A model generated the notes under the pieces. That model did no database searches, was not told the origin of the DNA, and was given only the letters and a program-made list of their open reading frames with translations. A program made the position numbers and the translations under genes. A stretch of DNA of 64,000 bases from Octopus sinensis (taxonomy: Eukaryota), in NCBI RefSeq assembly GCF_006345805.1, contig NW_021831829.1, positions 1 through 64,000 of the forward strand, written 5' to 3'. This document shows, in pieces, positions 12,677-24,908 of the stretch; within the stretch, counting starts at the first letter, position 1, and each line of letters begins with the position of its first letter.

Positions 12677-13285
12677 TTATTCCTAAATGTTTAGCAAAAG
12701 CATAGACGTATTCTTCTATCACATTTGGAATTTTGCATGTAAAATTAGTTATATATCTATAGGACTAGGCATCCTTAACTTGTATTTGATTATTGCTGTT
12801 ATTTCAGAGACAGCGCATTATAGAATGCGTGATAGCATAACAACTTCGAAAAAGATTTAGCCATTTCTTGTAGGTTCCCCTGTAATCGAATGCTTTTAAT
12901 AGATAGAAGTTGACCTGAACAAGATTTAAAGCGGTTTTTGCGATCCATGCTTCGATATTAACCTAATTACAACCTCTGTGTTAGCGGAGGTTTTAATATG
13001 CAACGTTTAAACGTTGTGTCTGTGTTAGTTATTGTCTCATAAAATTAAGCTGCGGAACACAATACATAAAGCGCAAATGACAACTACTACTTGGTTATAT
13101 TGTAAGAAGTAACATCAGCATTAATCAGTTGCATTTAATATGAATTTCTATGGCAGCGTCTGTTTACACAAACTCAAAGAGTGTTTATATTTCTCCAATA
13201 TATTTCTCCTATGTATTGACGTCATCGAAACAAGAATAGGTTCATAGCAACTGTGAAGGCATATACGCTCATGGAGATTTATCTA

Positions 13286-13687
13286 ATACTAGCAGTATCG
13301 CCCGGCGTTGCTCGGGTTTGTAAGGGAAATAACTATATAAGCATTTTTAGAGAGTTATAGCAAAAAAATAGCAAAAAATGCATTAAAAATGGAAAAAAAA
13401 TATTACGGTAATTTTTTTTTAAATCGTTGACTCATCGTAGACATTTTTAGAGAGTTACTTCCCTTATATAATAACGAAAAAAATGCATTAAAATGGAAAA
13501 ATGATGGTAATTTTTTTTTAATCGTAGACTCATCGTAGACGCGCGCTAATACCCAGAAGGGCTCGATATGAATCACGACTATAAGACACCCGGTTTTGGT
13601 TAAACTGCACCGCAAAATGTGGGAGTAGTTAGGAATCTAAATCGTAGGAGACAGACAGCACACAACCTCTCTTTTATATATAAAGAT
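13286..13687 (+). mobile_element. Non-autonomous Helitron/Helentron-type element (HINE/Lep1-like)
   Basis: 5' atactagcagtatcgcccggcgttgctcggg (subterminal hairpin) and 3' acagacagcacacaac...cttttatatataaagat. A near-identical copy lies at 50577-50979. Confidence 0.75.
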
Positions 13688-13724
13688 ATTGAAGTATGAA
13701 AAACAATGTATATCAACACAATAT

Positions 13725-13960
13725 ATACCTATTTCTTTACTACCCACAAGGGGCTAAATATAGGGAGGACAAACAAGGACAGACAAATGGATTAAGCCGA
13801 TTACATCGACCCCAGTGCGTAACTGGCACTTAATTCCTCGACCCCGAATGGATGAAAGGCAGAGTCGACCTCGGCGGAATTTTAACTCAGAACGTAGCGG
13901 CAGACGAAATACTGCTAAGCATTTCGCCCGTCGTGCTAACGTTTCTGTCAGCTCGCCACC
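13725..13960 (-). mobile_element. SINE family A, full length
   Basis: Reverse complement of the 12256 unit. Confidence 0.9.
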
Positions 13961-14046
13961 TTATATACCTATAAAATAACATGCCGCGCGCTTGCAATCG
14001 TTATCCTAAAATATATTTCCAACGATATGTGTTATGATCCGGAGGC

Positions 14047-14256
14047 ATATTGTTATATTTTAAAAATTAGCACTGCTATACTCAATATCTCGCTTCTTTT
14101 TCGAACAAGTCATGGTACTATTTTAGGGATATTGAGTAGCTATATCTAGTTGCTGAAAGAGGAAGGTAGAGTAGAGGCTCTTGTGCTCACTATGCACGTT
14201 ATCAACATTGCAACCGCAAATATATATAAGGTGTCTCTCCAGGCCACTTCCTTGCT
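14047..14256 (+). repeat. Direct repeat B, copy 2
   Basis: Matches 10313-10523 and overlaps the end of the Helitron fragment. Confidence 0.95.
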
Positions 14257-14560
14257 TTATAATCTATGCACTCAGTTGTCATAGAAACAATAGAAATTCT
14301 AGTGTCATCTGCATAATGAACTGCTGGATCATAATTGAAAGCTGCTTCATAGAATTTGCTTCTCTGAGCTGTTGCAACTGCTCTTCGTTCTGCAGTGGAT
14401 ATCCTATTCCTTGTACGTCGTGCATACATCTCTTCATTACTTTGAGATGCTCTGGCTTTTGTAGTGCACAATCTGTTCGTTTCTTGGTATGCTTCCCTTT
14501 CTGAAACTGACTTTTTCTCTCCCTGGACAGAGACATTCTTTTGGATAACCTTGACATTGT
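14229..14560 (-). pseudogene. Helitron Rep/helicase N-terminal fragment
   Basis: EREAYQETNRLCTTKARASQSNEEMYARRTRNRISTAERR...AAFNYDPAVHYADDTRISIVSMTTECIDYKARKWPGETP resembles the Helitron N-terminal AFNYDP...M...C..C.A.K...ETP block. Confidence 0.75.
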
Positions 14561-14644
14561 AGACACATTTGATACTTTCATTCTAGGTATGGTTGTATAT
14601 GTATACAGAAATACGCAGGTGCTGAAGATAGTAAACAATGAAGA

Positions 14645-14790
14645 TAGCTCGGTAAGCTTGCGTCCCAATCTCATGGTTCTGGGTTCAGTACCACTGCGTA
14701 GCACCTAGCGCAAGTATCTTCTACTATAGCCCCCAGCTAACCAAAGCCTTGTGGGTTGATTCGGTTGACAGAAACTGAAAGAAGCCGTCG
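14645..14790 (+). mobile_element. SINE family B, 5' half
   Basis: ggttctgggttcagtaccactgcg...gcaagtatcttctactatagc...gaaactgaaagaagcc. Confidence 0.8.
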
Positions 14791-15147
14791 GATATATATA
14801 GTCTTTCTGTCAGTAATACGTCGTTGTTGTTTGAAAATAGCGATTGTAAACTTACAGTAAAAGCAATAGAGAGTGAATGAGATATAGAAAGAAGAGGAGA
14901 GAGAGTGAGGTAGCTAGTTAGACAAATAAGATAGATATAGATAGATAAGGTATGGGGAGAAAGATACAGAGAGAAAGAGATGGAAATAGAGATAGATAGA
15001 AGGAGAGGGATAGAGAGATATAGATAGGGCGATATAGACGTCACTGACGCTAAACACCGGGAGTAAATACTTTTTAAAACTTTCAAAGATGTGAATCTAA
15101 TATGCAAAGCAATATTTTTTACTTTTAATAAATATACCAAATGAAGA

Positions 15148-15189
15148 GCATCGGTTGTCAAGCGATGTTGGGGGGACAAACACAGACAC

Positions 15190-15231
<42 letters not shown>

Positions 15232-15497
15232 AATGAAAGAATGGAGTCGAACGAAGACGTTAACAAAAATCCTTTACTCTCGACATATATGTCGAGAGTA
15301 AAGGAATTTTGTTAACATCTTCGTTCGACTCCATTCTTTCATTTATTCATATACAGCACACAAATTTCTGCACATGAACCCGGAGTTTCTACCCTTGGAC
15401 AGGTCGATTCAACCGTGTTTTTGACATGAATTTGCTACCCTGGTTTCGGTTCAACGAATTTTCCATGCTGACGATAAACATAGGATAATTCATTCAC

Positions 15498-15532
<35 letters not shown>

Positions 15533-15704
15533 CATATATACGACGGTCTTCTTTCAGTTTCCGTCTACCAAATCCACTTCCAAGGCTTTTATCGGCCCGA
15601 GGCTATAGTAGAAGACACTTGCCCAAAGTGCCACGCAGTGGGACTGAAACCGGAACCATGTGGTTCGTAAGCAAGCTACGTACCACACAGCCACTCCTAC
15701 GCCT
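15148..15704 (-). mobile_element. SINE family B split by insertions in its central microsatellite
   Basis: The head half is at 15540-15704 and a tail piece at 15148-15190. The palindrome at 15228-15347 and ~150 bp of unknown DNA lie between them. Confidence 0.8.
15228..15347. repeat. 120-bp spacer-less palindrome
   Basis: aataaatgaaagaatggagtcgaacg...cgacata|tatgtcg...cgttcgactccattctttcatttatt, with 2 mismatches between arms. Confidence 0.95.
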
Positions 15705-15742
15705 ATGCATATATATATATTATATATATATATATACATATA

Positions 15743-15796
<54 letters not shown>

Positions 15797-16130
15797 CCTC
15801 TATATGTAGATGTGTATGTGTGTGTATGATTTTGTGCGCGCCTATGTATATGTGGGTATGTGAATATTTATTGCTATGTAAATAAAGTGTTAGAAAGTAT
15901 TGAAGACAAAGTTATGCTGGGCTAATGGCTTAATTTTCTCAGTAAAAACAGGAATAATATAAAATATTTCTGAAAATAAAGTAATCTAATTAATTATTCC
16001 GTAATATGAATTTCTCTTCAAAGCATCTTATGTTTGATCCTTATTATCATTCCACCACATCTGTGTTTGTATCTAAACGTATATGTTGCACTCTTTGACC
16101 ATTCTTTTTCTTTTCTTTCCTTTTCTTTTA

Positions 16131-16525
16131 CATGTTTCAGTCATTTGACTGCGGCCATGCTGGAGCACCGCCTTTAGTCGAGCAAATCGACCCCCGGGAC
16201 TTATTCCTTTGTAAGCCCCGTACTTATTCTATCGGTATTTTTGCCGAACCGCTAAGTGACGGGGACGTAAACACACCAGCATCGGTTGTCAAGCAATGCT
16301 AGGAGGACAAACACAGACACACAAGCACACACACACACATATATATATATACACATATGTACGACAGGCTTCTTTCAGTTTCCGTCCACCAAATCCACTC
16401 ACAAGGCATTGGTCGGCCCGGGGCAATAGCAGAAGACACTTGCCCAAGATGCCACGCAGTTGGACTGAACCCGGAACCATGTGGTTGGTTAGCAAGCTAC
16501 TTACCCTACAGCCACACTCTGCGCC
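16131..16525 (-). mobile_element. SINE family B, full length
   Basis: tRNA-like head, cttgggcaagtgtctt core, central (CA)/(TA) tract and tail ...ccagcatggccgcagtcaaatgactgaaaca. Confidence 0.9.
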
Positions 16526-17199
16526 ATGGTCATCTTTTATAACGAAATCTCGAGCGAAATGCCTCCATACCTAGCCTTTCTTTGCCAAAACAAAGTTTGA
16601 ATCAACTATGTGTTTTTGCATGTAAATGTGTGTGTCTGTGTGGGTGGGTGTGTCTGTGTGGATATGTGTGTTTGTGCGTGTGCGTGCGTGTTTGTAAGCC
16701 CTTTATCTTCAGGCACTTTATGTACTTAAGATTAATTCGTTAAGAATTATGGCCAGGCTTTTCTATTACAATCCATTAAGGAAAACATTGCTAAATTAAT
16801 AATTTATCAGGTACAGCATTGATTACAATTCTCACGTCGAATCTGTAAGCTCCTACTTATCTTCTGTACAAATTACAAGTGGTTAAATAGGTTCTTTCTA
16901 CATATGTTAAACTGACTATATCTATTCGAGTAGGAAAATGCTAAGCTGTTGCGACGTGGTGAAACCGAGACAAGATATACCATAGCTAACCTTAGAAGAT
17001 CATAAATGACATTTTTTCACTTCTTTATGCATTTTTTTATAATAGCCAGCAAATAGCCAGCAAGTTAATCCTTTCCAATTTTGTTGAAATTATCACTTTT
17101 CTTATTTAAAATGTCTAACATCTTTTGTTAGACTTTTGGTTTGCTTTGCTCTTCGCCATGTGAGTGGATTTGGTAAATGGAAATAGTATGGAAGCACAC

Positions 17200-17255
<56 letters not shown>

Positions 17256-17642
17256 TGTATGTATGTTTGTATGCATGTATATATTTATTATAAATTTTAT
17301 AAATGATACTGCTTAGCTTGCATTAGTAAAGTGTAAAACAGTAAATGACTTGATAACCTGGAATAATTGTAATTCTCTAAGTTTCTTTTTAAATATCCAT
17401 ATATATATATGTTTATAAATATGTACGTATGTATGTATATGTATATGTATATATATGTATGTATGTATGTATATATGTGAAGGCGCATGGCTCAGTGATT
17501 AGAGCGTTTCTCCTAATTTTTATTTCTATTCCTTTTTCCACTTTTCCATACAGCAGACTGTTTTCATCTAAAAAATGGGACGTAATCGAGGGAAAAATAC
17601 ACCGGACATTTAAGGGGCATTCATAATTTTACATAAGAAAAC

Positions 17643-17868
17643 GCGGCGAGATAGCACCATGGTTAGCACGCCAGGTCAAATATTTAGCGACATTTCGTCC
17701 GTCTCTGCGTTCTGAGAACAAATGCCAAAGGGGTCGACTTATCCTTTCACCCTTTCGAGGTCGATAAAATAAGTACCAGTTGAACACTGTGGTCGATTTA
17801 ATTGCTTTTGCCCTTTCCTTGAAATTGCGGGCATTTCGTCAAAATTTGAAGCCAATATTACGTAAGAT
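17643..17868 (+). mobile_element. SINE family A variant with alternative tail
   Basis: Same head and core as family A, ending ccttgaaattgcggg...aaaatttgaagccaatatta. Confidence 0.8.
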
Positions 17869-18175
17869 ATACACGATGTGTTTTGAAACACGTGTTGTAA
17901 TCAACGACCTCTTGCATCCGTTTTATTTGCAGATTTTATTCTAGTATTATTAGCTACGGTTGTTGCGTTTGAATTAGAGTTCAATGGCACCTTTCATCTT
18001 ATCGGAATTTTTTTTCACTCATCACGACATGAAGCGTAACATTTCTAAAGCGTTGATAAATGAAAATTATTGACCAATTATCGAATGATTTCGATTTCCT
18101 TTGCAAATTTGTTTACGCCAGTGACTTAGAAACTGCGTTTTACTGCGATCCCTCGACTGATCCTATTAATTACAT

Positions 18176-18213
<38 letters not shown>

Positions 18214-18424
18214 TGTGTGTGTGGTGTGTGTGTGTGTGTGTGTATCAGTGTGTGTATCAGTGTGTGTAAGTTTGCCTTTGCCTGCTTGTTTGTGTGCATT
18301 TTTAATGTTAGCCGTCTTATTTCTAAGATGACAAGGAGTGTAACCTAACTAAGTTTCGTTAATACATTGATTAGGATAGGTGAAGATGGATAACTGTTGA
18401 CGCGGAGGTTCATGTACACAGTCC

Positions 18425-19133
18425 GGACCTTTTCGGTTTGAACGGCAGTTTTTTCTAGCGGTGTCATATGAAATTGTCACCCATAATTATGACCCTAGTA
18501 TAGATCTATTGCATTTCAATCTGTTTGAGGGTTAGGGTTAGAGTTAGGGTTAGGGTTAGAGTTAGGGTTAGGGTTAGGGGTGGGGGGAAGGGTATCTTTA
18601 TTTCTTTAGAAATGTAAATAAACCCAATCTGTTTCTTAAATGAGGGACATATTCATACGGCACAGAACGTTTCACCTCAATAGACGTCATTGATTGTTTG
18701 AAATTGCAGAAATTGAGAAAAAAACAACAAATATCTTACAAACTATAGAATTTTCTCAATAAAGCCAAGAGAAAAAGATGTTTTATAAACACATTCTACC
18801 AGTATACGAAGTTTAAAAGTGTTTAGCTAGGTGGAAATTATTTTTAAAAAATTGCCGTTCAAACCGAAAACATCCTAAACCGAATTGGTTTCTTAATCAA
18901 GGGACATATTCATACGGCACAGAATGTTTTCACCTCAATAGACGTCATTGATTGGTTGAAATTGCAGAAATTGAGAAAAAAACAACAAATATCTTACAAA
19001 CTATAGAATTTTCTCAAAAAAGCCAAGAGAAAAAAGATGTTTTATAAACACATTCTACCAGTATACGAAGTTTAAACGTTTCTAGTTAGGTGGAAATTAC
19101 TTAAAAAAACTGCCGGTCAAACAGAAAAGATCC
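18425..19133. mobile_element. Merlin-like MITE, second copy, with internal tandem duplication of its 3' half and an expanded (TTAGGG)n
   Basis: Same TIR as 6245. The 8-bp TSD is cacagtcc (18417-18424) / cacaatcc (19134-19141). An extra internal right TIR ends near 18875. Confidence 0.85.
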
Positions 19134-19683
19134 CACAATCCTAAAGAGATAAACCGATAATGCTACAACTATATTTCGTTATTGTGTTAGTAAAAAAATT
19201 GTTATCTGTGTTCGTGTATTCTCAGCGATATATCATTAATGTATTGAAGTTTTCTACTCATTTATATTAGTTTCGTTAATCCATTATATCTACAATCTAT
19301 TCCAAGTTATTTCGCATTATATTTTTCGCTGTCACGAATTTGTCTGGCTCTTGTATTTTCCCTTCCTCGAGACTTTCTCATATATCTAATATGTTTCGTC
19401 TCTATTATTGACGTTTAATAAGATTGCATTAAACAACATGATTATAAGACTGTATCGAAAATTCCACGTCGTATGCGAGTGATTTATAATTTCACACACA
19501 TAGACACACACACGTATATAATATACATGCGTATGTGTGTGCATGTGTATGTATGTATACCTATACAGTAATAAATATCTACATACATGTGCACGTGTCC
19601 TGCGTATGCTTACATAAATATATATATACACACACACACACATATATATATATATACACAAAATATACGTTATATATATATAT

Positions 19684-19885
19684 AGCAAGGAAAAATTGTA
19701 AAAAGGCAGAATGCTAAGTTGGAAGAAAATTTTAATGAAAATGGGTGTATGGAAAACGTTTTTGAAAAATTGATAAAATATATATATATATTTTATCAAT
19801 TTTTCAAAAACTATTTCCATACACCCATTTTCATTAAAATTTTCTTTCAATTTAGCATTCTGCCTTTTTACAATTTTTCCTTGCT
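19684..19885. repeat. 202-bp palindrome centred on (TA)6
   Basis: The arms are ~101 bp with 4 mismatches. The ORF track shows nearly the same peptide on both strands (19719+ and 19850-). Confidence 0.95.
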
Positions 19886-19930
19886 TATCATTTCTCCACG
19901 TGCGGTCAACATAACCCCACCATTTATTGA

Positions 19931-19972
<42 letters not shown>

Positions 19973-20129
19973 ACATATATACATAACATATATACATATA
20001 TATATATATATTTAACATATACATTATATATAGACTAACCATTTACAGACACACATGCATATATATACATTCACATTTATACACACACTCACACATACGC
20101 ACATGCACACACATATCCCAGACAAGATA

Positions 20130-20744
20130 TGTAGCACGCCAGCGGGTAGATGCACCACGTCACGTGCTCAGTAAGAGATAGCAGTGACCTTCGTGGAGTA
20201 ATACGAGGAGTGTCATCGCTGTATTTATTTCACATGTTTTGGAAATTGGGTTTTTGTGATCAGGTGTATGCTGTGGTCTGTTCTGCGATTTTTGTCATGG
20301 ACGTGCAATTTTGCGATACACTTGTGAAGTCTGCTACAGAGACATTGATCATGCTTCTGCAAGATTACCGTGACGAGGCACTGGGTCCAACGCAATGTTT
20401 TTAATTGAATAGGCGCACGACGGAGCCGCAGTCCAATCAAGAAGACGCTCATCGTTTTTTGGGTTTTTTTTTACATCCGCTAAAGTTTACGTCGAGATTT
20501 AATTCCTCAGGGGCAGGCCGTCACTCGTGAGTTCTATAGCGACGTTTTGAAGCTTTTGAGAGAGAACATTCGGTGAAAGTGTGGAACGCGAAGAATTCGA
20601 TTTTTTACGACTGCAATGCACCCTGTCATAGAGATCTCCCCATTTGTAGATTTCTCGCCAAAAACAACACGTTATTGCTTCCGCACCCGCCATATTCCCC
20701 GTTTTTACCACTTGTGGACGTCCAACTCTTCCTCGAGATGAAAA
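20130..20744 (+). mobile_element. mariner (DD34D-type) relic, 5' and central part
   Basis: LVKSATETLIML...DEALGPTQCF; IPQGQAVTREFYSDVLKLLRENI; YDCNAPCH...LLPHPPYSP. Confidence 0.85.
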
Positions 20745-20804
20745 GTGGTAGGAAGGCTGAGACCGATGTGTTTGCTACGCAATATGATTATTTCAAATCA
20801 CAAA

Positions 20805-21030
20805 GCGGCCGGCTGGCAGAATCGTTAGCACGCCGGGCGAAATGCTTAGCGGTATTTCGTCCGTCCTTACGTTCTGAGTTCAAATTCCGCCATGGTCGAC
20901 TTTGCCTTTCATCCTTTCAGGGTCGATTAAATAAATACCAGTTACGCACTGGGGTCGATATAATCGATTTAATCCCTGTCTGTCCCTGTTTGTTCCCTCT
21001 ATGTTTAGCCCCCTTGTGGGCAATAAAAAA
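20805..21030 (+). mobile_element. SINE family A, full length
   Basis: Canonical head, core and tail. Confidence 0.9.
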
Positions 21031-21228
21031 ATTAATTATTATTATTTCAAATGACATGATGTTAAAACTTAGGTAAATATGTTATATTCTATTAAACACA
21101 ACTATTCCGAGAATTTTTTGATACTTATCGGATTCTTGTATTTCAAATTTTTGTTCCATATGGAAAACTTACAAATCTTAAGTGAGTTTTTGTATATCAC
21201 CGACCTGTATTTTCCAATATATTTTGCG

Positions 21229-21297
<69 letters not shown>

Positions 21298-21684
21298 GTG
21301 TCTGCTATTTATTGTAAGACTAATTAGGCTTTTTGCCGAGAAGTTTTCAGGTACCATTGACATTTCTGGAAAAAATCCCCTTATTAACTCGAACCCATGC
21401 CGCACTGTATTGTAGTTTTTCATACTTTCTTCAATCATCGTTTTTTAGACTCCCATGTGTCTTTTCAAATCTTACTGCTTGCTTATAATTTACCTACATT
21501 CCCGAAGCTCATATCAAAAGTAGTTTGATATCGAATGTCTTAACATCAGTATTGTTGCTTATAGAATTCCAGAGTTAGTCAGTGGTTCAATGCACATCTC
21601 GTGGAGGACTGCCCGTAACCATATGTACAAGAACCAACTCAAGGTTCTTCGGTCGAGAAGCTCCTGAGATATATCGTAACAAAG

Positions 21685-21905
21685 GATAACGGTGTCACCG
21701 TTTTCTGTTTCTTCTCCATTTCCTGTTTCTCAATTCCACTTTTGGAATCCGGCCTAGAAATCATTTTTTCCGTAATCGAGTCGAGGACCTTCTGTGATTC
21801 GGTCTTGATCTCGACAACGGTATTAAAACGGCGGCCTTTGCGCTGTGTTTTCATCTCGAGGAAGAGTTGGACGTCCACAAGTGGTAAATATGGGGAATAT
21901 GGCGG
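21685..21905 (-). mobile_element. mariner relic, 3' part, inverted relative to the 5' part
   Basis: DVQLFLEMKTQRKGRRFNTVVEIKTESQKVLDSITE continues the 20744 frame. 58 bp (21848-21905) are the reverse complement of 20687-20744. Confidence 0.85.
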
Positions 21906-23057
21906 ATCCCGATATCTTGTATGCTTGATATTTAAAATATTTGATATTTATGCAATGAAGCATAATTCGATGTGAAAATAATGCTGTTGATTTATTCTTA
22001 AATCAATGTAAATAAAATAGATGTTTTTTTTTTATATTCAATTCATCAACGTATTACTGCAAGAAAAAAAAAATTTACCAACCCCGTCCTCCAACTCTCC
22101 ATTACCGCATTCCTTGTACAACTGAGAAATAAATAGTAGACCGCTCCTTGCTATAGGTCAGCATTAAATTGTATCAATGGAACTGCCTGATAAAGAAAAG
22201 TTCCTCAAGAGAATGAATCAGTTAACTTGCCATATGATTGGAATTATAAAGAAGATGCAGCTTTAGAAAATACACAGGCAGACTTATAGTTGAATATATA
22301 GTAAACAATATATTCGGATAGCGATACACTGGAGGCATATATCCCATTGATTATTCTCAGGAATGACATAATCGTTTGTAAAGTCTACACATAATAATAG
22401 ACGTCTGGATGTATGGTTATTTCAACTTAATTCTTTCGAACAACAACCATTCATTTCAATACATTTAAATGTAATAAGATTCTTTTTTATTTTATTCATG
22501 TGATATCGAAAAATCTCACGATTTTTTTCACAAACGCCCAAGAATTGATTGTGTTTCATTGTTACATTTACGTTCTTGGAATGTATGCAAAAACTCATTT
22601 TATAATTTCTTCATATATTTATATGTATATATTGTATCTCACAATAGAGCAGCTATATTCAGAAGACACTAGATTTCATTTCTACTTGTAGAAATATCGT
22701 GCAATCGCCGGTGATCTTTTTAGCAGTATCCGACAAAAAAAATATTCTTAGCTTTCCCATAAACTCATATTATTTCTTAGAGTGAAAAGCAGCCGTCAAA
22801 GTAAGAAATAGAGATTAAGAAATAAAATATACTGATCCAGTCTATAGGTCTATTGCAGATATCAATATCTTAAGATCAAAGCAGCGAAACATTGTGTAGC
22901 TTTGAATGCAGCCCGGTAGGGAAGCAAACGTCATAATGAAAATTCACATCCCGATAACACAAGCTTGAATATGATACTCTTCCGCGTTATAAAGCCTGAT
23001 CTACACAGATAACTCATGTAATCCATTAATGCGGTGATTATTATTAATCCTCTAAGG

Positions 23058-23470
23058 AAGGCGACATGCTGTCAGAATTGTTAGCATACCGAGCAAAATG
23101 CTTAGCGGCTTATCGTCGGTCTTCACGTTCTAGATTCAAATTTCAACGAGGTTGACTTTGCCTTTCATTCCCTCGGAGTCAATAAAATAAGTACTATTGA
23201 TCACTTGGGTCGATGTAATCGACTTAACCCCCTCTCCCTAAATCAATGGCCTTGTGCAAAAATTGGAAACCATTATTAATCCTCTAAGAAAGGTGACAAG
23301 TAGGTAGAACAGACAAAGTGTCGGGAAAAAAAGGGTTAGCAGAATTTCGTCAGTTTACACTTGAGTTCGAATTCCGCTGAGATTGACTTTTCCTTGAATC
23401 TGGAGATGATACATTGACTTCTCCCTACCTAAACTTGAAAAAGCTATTGGCCCTGTGTCAAAATTTGAAT
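23058..23470 (+). mobile_element. Two SINE family A variant copies (second very degenerate)
   Basis: Core motifs are present, and the flank ttattaatcctctaag.aagg is repeated before each copy. Confidence 0.7.
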
Positions 23471-24151
23471 AAGAAATACTGAAATGTTCAAATTCGAACC
23501 TTGATAACATACGGTTAAAACGTTTGGTTCTCAATTGTGTTTGTTTCTAGATGAATCCCACCGCGCTGCAACCTGGGAACGTATATTTTTGTGTAATCAC
23601 GATTTGAACATTGATTTGTAGAAGAAATATATGAATCTTTCAAATACCTCTTGTAAAGGGAATTCTTGGTAGAAAGGGAAGTGGTGCACCCTAGGGAAAT
23701 TTGTAACAGGGTAGGTAAATAGAAAGATTTGGACCCGAGTTAATGAACTTGATCTAAGCATATGACTGAAGGCTGAAAAGTACGGAAGGGAGAGGAGCAC
23801 CTACTATGAATGAGTAGTTTGATTCGGTATCTGTAATGTTCCTTGGTCACCTCTGCATAGTTTTCCCACCCCCACAGGAATGTTTTATATTGTAATTACT
23901 ATTTTTAATTATGCAAGACTAGGCTCGATGTAATCGGCTAGTACCGAGCCTAAAGTTTCTGGCCTTTAGTAGAAAAGATTTTCGATATTATTGATGTAGA
24001 AATATTATTTATAAGCAAAGGTATTTTTCTTCCCCATTCCCGAAATGTCAGGTCCTTTTTCAAACTACATCATGCAAACTTATCCAAACACAAACATCCG
24101 TGGTTAAATTATTACAGAAGCAAACCAACACAAGTTCCCCGATGGAGTGGC

Positions 24152-24224
<73 letters not shown>

Positions 24225-24235
24225 GTTGTATTATG

Positions 24236-24269
<34 letters not shown>

Positions 24270-24288
24270 ATAAGTTTGTATGTATGTA

Positions 24289-24394
<106 letters not shown>

Positions 24395-24908
24395 TTTGTG
24401 TATGTGTCTGTGCGTGTGTCTCTGTTATATTATGTTATGTGTTATAATCAACCATCTGCTTTGTGTAGCAGAACATTTTCCAACATTCTATGCCACTATA
24501 ATATTTATATATGATGAGACCCTATCTGGTTCTTATAGGAAACCATAAAGTGTTATTTATCTTTTTTTTTATCTAGACATCTGATTCAGGAACAACATTG
24601 ATAGGATTTGAAAATATATATAATTAACAATATATTTCTCAATTACATACTTACGCGTTTCTCGGTTATACGTATGTGTGTGTGTGTGTATCTTACAGAC
24701 AAAAATGTAAGTTCTGAATGCACTAAGAGCCATGAAAACATCAGAAATTACCCAAATTTCTGTTGTTTTGACGGTTATACTACGATCGAGATCTATTTGT
24801 TTTTCTGTAAAATACGAAACACATTCGAAATTTCCAAAGCTAATCGAACAGAATGTTGTTGTATATTTGTATATATATATATATATAATATATATATATA
24901 TATATACA

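Noticed and set aside
18529-18590. (TTAGGG)n as a chromosome end or fusion scar
   Set aside because: It is internal to a MITE and is also present in the other copy.
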